Shown here: in pieces, positions 27,947 to 35,742 of the stretch
How the letters are laid out: each line of letters starts with the position of its first letter
Numbering within the stretch: the first letter of the stretch is position 1
Origin: Bacteroidales bacterium
GTDB lineage: Bacteria; Bacteroidota; Bacteroidia; Bacteroidales; VadinHA17
Assembly (NCBI GenBank): GCA_025358455.1
Contig: JANYJP010000133.1
Location: 10,852-74,851, forward strand
Length of the DNA stretch: 64,000 nt
Direction of reading: 5' to 3'
The notes under the pieces: generated by a model
The model's database searches: none
What the model was told of the DNA's origin: nothing
Seen by the model: the letters and a program-made list of their open reading frames with translations, nothing else
Program-made: the position numbers and the translations under genes

Positions 27947-29964
27947 TTAATATTCTAATTATCATATTATTATCATCCATCATCTCTGTGCTGTTTGTCA
28001 GTACAAAAAGTAAAGGTATTATTACAGTTGCAACAGTAATTGTCATTGCGTCCCTCAGCAGCTTTTTTTCAATAAAAGCGCTCTTTGGTGAAAGTTATCA
28101 GGTTGTTTTATCAGGAACAATAATGTTTGGAAAAGTGCCGGTAATTATTGATTCTTTATCCGCATGGTTTATACTTACAATTAATTTCACAATTGTGACC
28201 GGCGCTATGTATGGTTTTAATTATATGAAAAAGTACAGGGAAAAGAAGAATGAGATCACACTACACTGCATCGCTTTCCTGCTGGTTTATTTCGCATTAT
28301 TGGGAATAAGTTCTGTTCAAAACGGATTTATCTTTCTTTTACTATGGGAATTAATGGCGCTTTCAGCTTTTACTCTTGTAATATTTGAACACGAAAAACC
28401 TGAAACAATTAAAGCCGGGCTTAATTATCTTATTCAATCACATTTCAGTATCGTTTTCATAATGCTGGGGTTTATATACGTTGCTTTCAAAACAGGAAGT
28501 TACGGGTTTGATGCAATTGTTAGTTTTTCGGGTAATCAATCAGTGCTGGCAGGAACAGTGCTTTTTCTCTGCTTCTTTATAGGTTTTGCTATAAAATCAG
28601 GTTTCGTTCCCTTCCATACCTGGCTTCCTTATGCTCACCCGGCTGCACCTACACATGTTTCCGGAATAATGTCCGGTGTTCTTATTAAGATTGGTATTTA
28701 TGGTATCCTCAGGATGTTACTGTTAATCAGAACCGACTACACTACAATTGGTTATATAATATTGTTTATATCATTATTTACAGGGATTTATGGCGTAATG
28801 CTGGCTACTATCCAACACAACCTTAAGAAGTTACTTGCATACCATAGTGTCGAAAACATTGGTATAATAGGAATAGGAATAGGATTAGGTTGCATAGGAT
28901 TAGGGTCATCAAATAAATGGATGGCAATATTAGGATTCTCCGGTGCATTACTTCATACATTGAATCATTCATTATTTAAATCTCTTCTGTTTTACAGTGC
29001 CGGTAATATTTATCAGGCGGCTCATACACTAAATGTGGAGCGCTTAGGTGGATTAATTAAAAAGATGCCACAAACTGCTGTTCTGTTCCTGGTTGCTTCG
29101 ATTGCCATTTGTGGACTGCCACCTTTGAACGGTTTTATCTCGGAATTTCTTATTTATGGGGGGTTGTACAATTGGCTTTACAGCGCAAATCTGATTTCAC
29201 TCATAGCAATAGTGTTTTCAATAGGTGGATTAGTATTGATAGGAGGTCTGGCACTACTCTGTTTTACAAAAGCATTCAGTATCGTGTTCCTTGGAAATTC
29301 ACGAGAGAAACATGATGATGAAATTTACGAAACAGGTTTCTGGCAGTTATTCCCGATGTATCTTACGGTTTCGTTAATGATATTAATTGGCCTGTTCCCG
29401 TCTTTTTTCATAAATGCATTAAAACGACCTGTTGCCCTTTATTTGCAGAGTGCAGTTTTTGACCAGAATATTATTAAGGTTGGTGTAGTTGATTCGCTTC
29501 AGACTATTAGTTGGTTATTCTTCGGACTTATATTATTTGTATTAGTTATTGTTGGACTAAGAAAACTTATTACCAGGAAAAAAAATATTGAAATTGGATC
29601 AACCTGGGGTTGTGCTTATAACAATCCAACGAGTAAACTACAATATACAGCCAGTTCTTACGTCCGCAGTTACTCAAAACTTGCTAAACCTCTTCTGGAT
29701 ATAGAGAAAAATGAGGTCGGGATTGACGAGGTTTTTCCGGCAGAGAAACATTATGAAACAGATCCTTATGATAAAATTGAGCGCATTTTTATTGACAAAC
29801 CATTAAAACTGATAAACAGGATTACCGATCCGTTTCTATTTCTTCAGAATGGACGTTTACAGACATACATTCTGTATGGAATTATCTTTATTGCCTCTGT
29901 AATTGGCCTTCCTCTTATTATTGAAAAGATAATATCAATTTTTCATTTTTTAAATAATTTGTAA
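27937..29964 (+). CDS. HyfB / NuoL-like antiporter-type membrane subunit (plus-strand copy B2)
   Basis: 675 aa. The TTG start overlaps the upstream stop by 10 nt. Motifs WELMALS, IKSGFVPFHTWLPYAHP and NHSLFKSLLF. This is the closest paralogue of 23755-25797. Confidence 0.85.
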   Translation: MALINILIIILLSSIISVLFVSTKSKGIITVATVIVIASLSSFFSIKALFGESYQVVLSGTIMFGKVPVIIDSLSAWFILTINFTIVTGAMYGFNYMKKYREKKNEITLHCIAFLLVYFALLGISSVQNGFIFLLLWELMALSAFTLVIFEHEKPETIKAGLNYLIQSHFSIVFIMLGFIYVAFKTGSYGFDAIVSFSGNQSVLAGTVLFLCFFIGFAIKSGFVPFHTWLPYAHPAAPTHVSGIMSGVLIKIGIYGILRMLLLIRTDYTTIGYIILFISLFTGIYGVMLATIQHNLKKLLAYHSVENIGIIGIGIGLGCIGLGSSNKWMAILGFSGALLHTLNHSLFKSLLFYSAGNIYQAAHTLNVERLGGLIKKMPQTAVLFLVASIAICGLPPLNGFISEFLIYGGLYNWLYSANLISLIAIVFSIGGLVLIGGLALLCFTKAFSIVFLGNSREKHDDEIYETGFWQLFPMYLTVSLMILIGLFPSFFINALKRPVALYLQSAVFDQNIIKVGVVDSLQTISWLFFGLILFVLVIVGLRKLITRKKNIEIGSTWGCAYNNPTSKLQYTASSYVRSYSKLAKPLLDIEKNEVGIDEVFPAEKHYETDPYDKIERIFIDKPLKLINRITDPFLFLQNGRLQTYILYGIIFIASVIGLPLIIEKIISIFHFLNNL

Positions 29965-29965
29965 A

Positions 29966-30871
29966 ATGTTAAGTATAATACTAATACTATTCACCAGCAT
30001 TTTCTTTACAGGGATAATCATCAGAACCAAAAGCATCGTTTCAGGTAGAAAAGGCCCCGTTATTTTGCAGCCAGTTAAAGATGTGGTCAGGTTATTTAAA
30101 AAAGGTGCTATTTACAGTGAAACAACAAGTATTATTTTCAGAATAGCCCCGGTAATCTACTTTTCCACAGTATTTATGGCTTGCCTTGTTGTTCCGTTTG
30201 GATCATATAAGGGCATTGTAAGTTTCGACGGAGATTTTATTTTCTTCGCATACATTCTTGCTTTAGGTAAATTCTTTAGCATTATTTCAGCTATGGATAC
30301 GGGAAGTAGTTTTGAAGGGATGGGGGCAAGCCGTGAAGCATTATTCTCAATGTTTGCCGAACCTGCCTTCTTCATTCTTATAGGTTCTTTTGCTCTGTTT
30401 ACCGGCAATACATCATTCCATAATATCTTTTCAACATTACATCTTGGCTCGTCAATAACGTATATGTTGGGAGGACTGGCCGCTTTTGTATTGCTGATGA
30501 TTTCAATGATCGAAAATAGCAGAATGCCTGTGGATGACCCCAAAACCCATCTTGAACTAACTATGATCCACGAGGTTATGATACTTGATAACAGTGGTTT
30601 TGATCTTGGTTTAATACTTTCAACCGGATACCTTAAATTTGCAATGTATGGAGCAATTATTGCTGATTTCTTTATAGGCGGATTATTCCTGATTTGGGCT
30701 ATTCCTTTATTTTTAATGATACAGGTACTATATGCAATAATGATAGGGTTAATTGAATCCTTTATGGCTCGCTTCAGAATGAACCATAACCCTCAGTTTA
30801 TATTGACCCTTTCGTCGGTCAGCTTTCTAATCTTCCTGGGCGTGCTACTTGTTTTGGACAAATTTGTTTAA
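29966..30871 (+). CDS. HyfC / HycD / NuoH-like membrane subunit (copy 2)
   Basis: 301 aa. About 70% identical to 22839-23753 over a hand-counted 146-residue stretch. It carries the same ENSRMPVDDPKTHLELTMIHEVM motif. Confidence 0.8.
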   Translation: MLSIILILFTSIFFTGIIIRTKSIVSGRKGPVILQPVKDVVRLFKKGAIYSETTSIIFRIAPVIYFSTVFMACLVVPFGSYKGIVSFDGDFIFFAYILALGKFFSIISAMDTGSSFEGMGASREALFSMFAEPAFFILIGSFALFTGNTSFHNIFSTLHLGSSITYMLGGLAAFVLLMISMIENSRMPVDDPKTHLELTMIHEVMILDNSGFDLGLILSTGYLKFAMYGAIIADFFIGGLFLIWAIPLFLMIQVLYAIMIGLIESFMARFRMNHNPQFILTLSSVSFLIFLGVLLVLDKFV

Positions 30872-30882
30872 TATTTTATATA

Positions 30883-31515
30883 ATGACAAACGTCTTATTA
30901 ATTATATTCATTATCAGCCTTTTATATGTTGCAATTGCTAACAGGATCATTACCTATGTGAGAGTTCTTGCGTTGCAGGGATGTCTGCTCTTTGGCGTTA
31001 CATTCCTTCAGTTGCGTGAAATACAGACATGGAACCTGGTCCTTATCCTGCTCGAGACTATTGTTTTTAAAGCCGTGGCTGTTCCGGTATTTTTGGGTTA
31101 TCTGATTAAGAGAAACAAGATTACCAGGGAAACTGAACCTTATTTGCCGCACTTCATCTCACTGATAATAATTACAATGATTGTAGTTATAACGGTCCTG
31201 CTCGCGAATTCAATACAGGATACCCATCTTGATAAAATATTCTTCATAGTATCTCTCTCAACTCTATTTACCGGGTTGTACTTCATAGCCACAAGGAAAA
31301 AGATTATTACACATGTTATGGGATATCTGATGATTGAGAATGGAGTTTTTGTTCTCTCCCTGGCAGTCGGTAACGAAATGCCAAACCTTGTCAACCTGGG
31401 TATAATGCTTGATGTATTTGCCAGTGTATTGATACTGGGGATTTTCCTCAACAAAATAGGTGATGTTTTTAAAGATGTTGATGTTGACAAGCTTACCAAT
31501 TTGAAAGATTATTAA
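30883..31515 (+). CDS. HyfE-like small membrane subunit (copy 2)
   Basis: 210 aa, a paralogue of 22195-22824. The shared C-terminus is ...KKIITH.MGYL.IENGVF.LSL...LTNLKD. Confidence 0.7.
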   Translation: MTNVLLIIFIISLLYVAIANRIITYVRVLALQGCLLFGVTFLQLREIQTWNLVLILLETIVFKAVAVPVFLGYLIKRNKITRETEPYLPHFISLIIITMIVVITVLLANSIQDTHLDKIFFIVSLSTLFTGLYFIATRKKIITHVMGYLMIENGVFVLSLAVGNEMPNLVNLGIMLDVFASVLILGIFLNKIGDVFKDVDVDKLTNLKDY

Positions 31516-31526
31516 TCACTGAAATA

Positions 31527-32954
31527 ATGACTTTGATATATCTGATATGTGCTTTTGTAATTGCCGGATTACTTTTGATAAACAGGAATACTGTTTTAAA
31601 TTATATAATGGTTATTCTCTTTGGTATTATTCAAACCGGATTTACTATCTACGCAGGGTTTCATTATAAAAATACAGTTTTAGAATATTTTTCTTTCGAT
31701 TCTTTAGGATTGCTTCTTCTGGTTGCTTTGAGCATTGTGACTATTCCAGCCCTTATTCACAGCTATTTGTATATTAAAAGGCACAATGAGACACCCCAGT
31801 CCAGGGCTATATATTTTTCAGCAATTGTCATCCTTTTAACGTCAATCAGCGCTGCTTATCTTGCCAACCATATTGCTGTTATATGGATTTTTACAGAGAT
31901 GACAACATTATCGGCTTCTATGCTGATTTATCATCACAGGAATAAACTTGCATTGGAGGGAACCTGGAAGTATGTGTTTATATGTGCAATAAGTATCACT
32001 TTTGTTTTTATCGGGATTCTTTTTCTAAGCCTTTCGCTTCAGCATGCCGGATCAACTGATCTCTCTTTTTCCAACCTGATGGCTCATAAAGATCAGCTGA
32101 ACACATTCTGGCTTAAACTGGCATTTCTTTTTATTTTTACAGGTTTTACAGCAAAGCTCGGATTGGTCCCGATGTATACAGCTGGTATAGATGCAAAGGA
32201 TAAAGCGCCAGCCCCTGCAGGTGCTTTACTTGCAAGCGTACTGATGAATCTTGGGTTTGTCGGAATATTCAGGTTCTATGCAGTTATTGCTCATACATCT
32301 ATTTTTCACTGGGCTAATCTGATCATCTTTTTTGCGGCTTTTATTTCAATATTTGTTGCAACTGTATACATGACTAAGGTTATGAATATTAAAAGAATGT
32401 TAGCCTATTCCGGAATTGAACATATGGGTATTGTAATGCTTGGAATAGCAGCAGGGGGAATTGGCTATTATGCAGCTATTCTGCATATTATATTGCACAC
32501 TTTTGTGAAATCGGGTATATTTTTTCAATACAATCAGTTATACAGAACGTTTCAGAGCAAAAGTATTCAGCACGTGGGCAACTATTTTAAGTATAATCCC
32601 ACAGGAGCAATTGTGTTGCTTATAGGGTTTATAAGTGCAACTGCTATGCCCCCTTCCGGATTGTTTGTAAGTGAGTTCCTGATCTTCAAATCACTCTTTG
32701 ATGGCAACTATATAGTGTTACTGGTTCTTGTATTACTTTTATTGACGATTGTTATATGGGCCTTTGGAAAGAATATCTTGAAAATTCTGTTCCTTCCCGT
32801 GCCTGATATAGATGAGAGTAAAATACCAAAAATAAGCCCTTGGGAATCATTAACTCAGTATGTATTGATGTTTACAGCAATCTGGCTGGGACTAAATCCA
32901 CCGGCAATATTTGTTCAGTTAATTCAGGATGCAGTTAAAATCTTACCTAATTAA
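31527..32954 (+). CDS. HyfF / NuoN-like antiporter-type membrane subunit (copy 2)
   Basis: 475 aa. Motifs FTEMTTLS, AKLGLVPMY and HTFVKS. Confidence 0.8.
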   Translation: MTLIYLICAFVIAGLLLINRNTVLNYIMVILFGIIQTGFTIYAGFHYKNTVLEYFSFDSLGLLLLVALSIVTIPALIHSYLYIKRHNETPQSRAIYFSAIVILLTSISAAYLANHIAVIWIFTEMTTLSASMLIYHHRNKLALEGTWKYVFICAISITFVFIGILFLSLSLQHAGSTDLSFSNLMAHKDQLNTFWLKLAFLFIFTGFTAKLGLVPMYTAGIDAKDKAPAPAGALLASVLMNLGFVGIFRFYAVIAHTSIFHWANLIIFFAAFISIFVATVYMTKVMNIKRMLAYSGIEHMGIVMLGIAAGGIGYYAAILHIILHTFVKSGIFFQYNQLYRTFQSKSIQHVGNYFKYNPTGAIVLLIGFISATAMPPSGLFVSEFLIFKSLFDGNYIVLLVLVLLLLTIVIWAFGKNILKILFLPVPDIDESKIPKISPWESLTQYVLMFTAIWLGLNPPAIFVQLIQDAVKILPN

Positions 32955-32955
32955 A

Positions 32956-34455
32956 ATGAGCTTCATAACAATAAAAAACCATCAACCAGTTCCGGTTAAC
33001 ACAATACCGGAACTAGAGTATGATATATTTTATAATCTAAATATATCCTTGCTCGCGGAACATCCTGAAAGACATTGCGTTTTGTATTTTGGTTACAGGG
33101 TGCTTGATGTAATACGACTAATGTGTTGTGTTGCAGATGATATTCAGCATAATATCCTGATTTCTTCTTCGATTGTCAGAAGCGATTCCAAACTCAATTC
33201 TTTTTCTGCAAAAAACCTTTCTTTCGAAAGATTTGAACGCGAAATTCATGAAAACTTCGGTATTGATTATATCGATCATCCATGGCTAAAACCGGTTCGT
33301 TATTCTGAATATAGGATTGATAAATCCAAGACGATTCATAACTATCCGTTTTTCAGCATTGAAAGTGAAGAACTTCATGAGGTGGGAGTAGGGCCGGTGC
33401 ATGCAGGTATAATAGAACCCGGACATTTCAGGTTTATATGTAATGGCGAACAGATATTGCATCTTGAAATTCAGTTAGGTTATCAACACAGGGGCTTGGA
33501 ACAATTACTCCTTGATAAAACAAAACTAATTCAGCGAACTACCTTGGCTGAATCCATAGCAGGCGATAGTGTTATTGGCCATACAACAGCATTTGCATAT
33601 TTATTAGAAAGCCTCAGCGGAACAGTACCTGAGAGTGAAGTCATCTATTCACGAACACTTGCACAGGAACTGGAACGAATTGCGGTTCATACCGGCGACT
33701 TAAGCGGAATTTGCACCGATGTTGCCTATCAACTGGGTAGTTCTGTATTCGGAAGACTCAGAACCCCAATAATCAATTTTTTCCAGGAATGGTGCGGGAA
33801 CCGTCTGGCTAAAGGATTAATCCGTACCGGTTACAACCCATTTCCATTTAGCAAAGCTCTGTCTGAAAGGTTAACTACAATATTAGATGCATTTGAACCA
33901 GATTTTGTTGAAATGAATGGCGAGCTTTCAAAACTACCAAGCTCTTTATCGAGATTTGAGAGAACCGGCACCTTGAAATATGATCAGTTATTGTCAATCG
34001 GCACAGTTGGAATGTCAGCCAGGATGAATGCCCTGAACAGGGATATAAGAATGTCGCACCCTTATGGCAGATATCCTGAGTTAAATCACGAACCAATTCT
34101 AAAGCATCATGGTGATGTATATTCAAAAGTACAGATCAGAAAACAGGAGGTATTGCAGTCAATAGAATATATAAGGAAATGGTTGAATCAGATTCCTGAA
34201 TCAACAAAGACTCAACCTCAACCAGTTACTCTGAAGCCTGATTTATTTGCAATCTCTCTGACAGAAGGGTGGAGGGGTGAAATATGCCATGCTGCCGTGA
34301 CAAACAATAAAGGTGAACTGGTGATTTATAAGATTAAGGATCCTTCGTTCCACAACTGGCTTGCGTTGGCATTATCGGTAAGAAACAATGAAATTTCTGA
34401 TTTCCCGGTAATTAATAAAAGTTTTGATTTGTCGTATTGCGGACATGATCTTTAA
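32956..34455 (+). CDS. NuoC-NuoD / HycE-like 'large subunit' homologue lacking [NiFe] ligands (EhrL-like)
   Basis: The ATG at 32956 lies 1 nt after the upstream stop. There is a NuoC-like FERFEREIHENFGI...HPW segment and then GPVHAGIIEPGHFRF...YQHRGLE, as in HycE. The metal-ligand motifs are mutated: SIAGDSVIGH instead of RVCGICGFAH, and DLSYCGHDL* instead of DPCYSCTDR. Confidence 0.8.
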   Translation: MSFITIKNHQPVPVNTIPELEYDIFYNLNISLLAEHPERHCVLYFGYRVLDVIRLMCCVADDIQHNILISSSIVRSDSKLNSFSAKNLSFERFEREIHENFGIDYIDHPWLKPVRYSEYRIDKSKTIHNYPFFSIESEELHEVGVGPVHAGIIEPGHFRFICNGEQILHLEIQLGYQHRGLEQLLLDKTKLIQRTTLAESIAGDSVIGHTTAFAYLLESLSGTVPESEVIYSRTLAQELERIAVHTGDLSGICTDVAYQLGSSVFGRLRTPIINFFQEWCGNRLAKGLIRTGYNPFPFSKALSERLTTILDAFEPDFVEMNGELSKLPSSLSRFERTGTLKYDQLLSIGTVGMSARMNALNRDIRMSHPYGRYPELNHEPILKHHGDVYSKVQIRKQEVLQSIEYIRKWLNQIPESTKTQPQPVTLKPDLFAISLTEGWRGEICHAAVTNNKGELVIYKIKDPSFHNWLALALSVRNNEISDFPVINKSFDLSYCGHDL

Positions 34456-34473
34456 ACCTAAAAGACAAAAACG

Positions 34474-35226
34474 ATGTTAAAGACATTACAAATTCTGTAT
34501 CATCAGGGCAAACAATACATTCCGGATCTAAGAAAAGCAAAAGTTCCCGGAATATTCAGGGGTCGCCCTGAAATCAGCTCTGAAAAAGTTGACGAAAAGA
34601 CTTTAGCGGATATTTGTCCGACAAATGCAATTTTGGGAAATCCTGTAAGGATTGATCTGGGTAAGTGTACTTTTTGTGCAGAATGTTCAAGGCTTTATCC
34701 TGGTAAAATTCATTTTACTACAGATTACAGGATGGCTGTAAATGAAAGAGAAAGGTTGATAATTTCTGAAGGTGTTTTAACCCCGATTACACTGAACCCC
34801 GGTCTGATAAGAAATGAAATTCATAGATTATTTCATGGATCTCTTAAGCTCAGGCAGGTTTCAGCAGCAGGTGACAATAGTTGTGAACTGGAGCTTAATG
34901 CTGCAGGAAATGTAAATTTTGATATAGGTCGGTATGGAATAGAGTTTGTTGCATCACCCCGTCATGCTGATGGGATTGTGATTACCGGACCTGTATCCAA
35001 AAACATGGCTGAACCATTACAGATTACTTATGATGCCATACCGTCACCTAAAATAATTATTCTCGTGGGGACTGATGCAATAAGCGGCGGTATTTTTGAT
35101 AGCAGCCCGGCACTTGACAGAAGATTTATTGAGGAAAACCATATTGATTTGTATGTACCAGGGAATCCGGCTCACCCGCTAACTTTCATAAATGGGATAA
35201 TGGATTTATTAGGAATAAACACCTAA
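34474..35226 (+). CDS. fused HycF(NuoI)-like half-ferredoxin + HycG(NuoB)-like 'small subunit' with degenerate cluster ligands (EhrS-like)
   Basis: The N-terminal part reads FRGRPE...ADICPTNAI...CTFCAECSRLYP. The C-terminal part has the Oxidored_q6-type SPRHADGIVITG motif. Its cluster motifs are altered to GDNSCELE, GTDAISGGIF and PGNPAHP. Confidence 0.75.
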   Translation: MLKTLQILYHQGKQYIPDLRKAKVPGIFRGRPEISSEKVDEKTLADICPTNAILGNPVRIDLGKCTFCAECSRLYPGKIHFTTDYRMAVNERERLIISEGVLTPITLNPGLIRNEIHRLFHGSLKLRQVSAAGDNSCELELNAAGNVNFDIGRYGIEFVASPRHADGIVITGPVSKNMAEPLQITYDAIPSPKIIILVGTDAISGGIFDSSPALDRRFIEENHIDLYVPGNPAHPLTFINGIMDLLGINT

Positions 35227-35353
35227 ATTCCCCTTAGTTTTACCTCCCAACCACCTAACGGGCATAGCCGGTAAAGCTAAGGTTTTAAATATAGTAAAAT
35301 AGTGCCCTTTATACACATCTTAGTAAACTGGTTTTCTCACTCTTTGCAGAGCA

Positions 35354-35640
35354 GGAGATCCTTCGCTGGCGCTACTAACAAACCCCTTTCAGGAGTACCA
35401 TAATGGGATCGGGAGATCCTTCGCTGACGCTCAGGATGACAATGCCCTTGATGATCACAGGGGGCAGAAGTGGCGATTCGCAGGCGAATTGCTTAATTAA
35501 AAAGGTAACTCGAATCGCCACTTCTGCCCCCCATAACCACCTAATTGCCATGTCATTCCGAGCCCCGGCGAGGAATCTCCACTAGCCGTTACAGATCTTT
35601 GTAAATAATGTCATATTGTTTGGTGTGCAAATTTGTATAG
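35354..35640. repeat. composite GC-rich palindromic repeat cluster (MITE/REP-like)
   Basis: Direct-orientation units lie at 35354-35380 and 35411-35459. An inverted unit at 35551-35580 (tgtcattccgagccccggcgaggaatctcc) is followed by a ~60-nt tail. The same module recurs at 61549-61637. Confidence 0.7.
35460..35531. other. perfect 21-bp-stem hairpin nested inside the repeat cluster
   Basis: gggggcagaagtggcgattcg (35460-35480) is the exact reverse complement of cgaatcgccacttctgccccc (35511-35531). The loop is 30 nt. Confidence 0.8.
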
Positions 35641-35671
35641 TAACTTATACAAACTATAGTTTATATAACCC

Positions 35672-35725
35672 CACCCTGTCTGCCGGCAGGCAGGGTGCAT
35701 TTTGCATTTTTACTTTTTACTTTTG
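35672..35725 (+). terminator. putative rho-independent terminator
   Basis: The near-palindrome caccctgtctgcc/ggcaggcagggtg has one mismatch. It is followed by a T-rich tract, cattttgcatttttactttttacttttg. Confidence 0.4.
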
Positions 35726-35742
35726 TCTTTTGTCTTTTAATA

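Noticed and set aside
32929-34455. Calling this gene, and hence the whole locus, a hydrogenase-4 / formate hydrogenlyase [NiFe] hydrogenase.
   Set aside because: The scaffold is HycE/HyfG-like, but all four Ni-Fe cysteine ligand positions are substituted. The small-subunit cluster ligands are also lost. No hyp/hycI or formate dehydrogenase genes accompany it. I therefore annotate it as hydrogenase-related (Ehr-like), not as a hydrogenase.
35650-35665. Exact 16-mer caaactatagtttata (12-bp palindromic core aaactatagttt) shared with 57426-57441, next to the truncated DeoR stub.
   Set aside because: In 64 kb of AT-rich DNA, searched on both strands, one chance 16-mer match is plausible. No further flanking similarity was seen.
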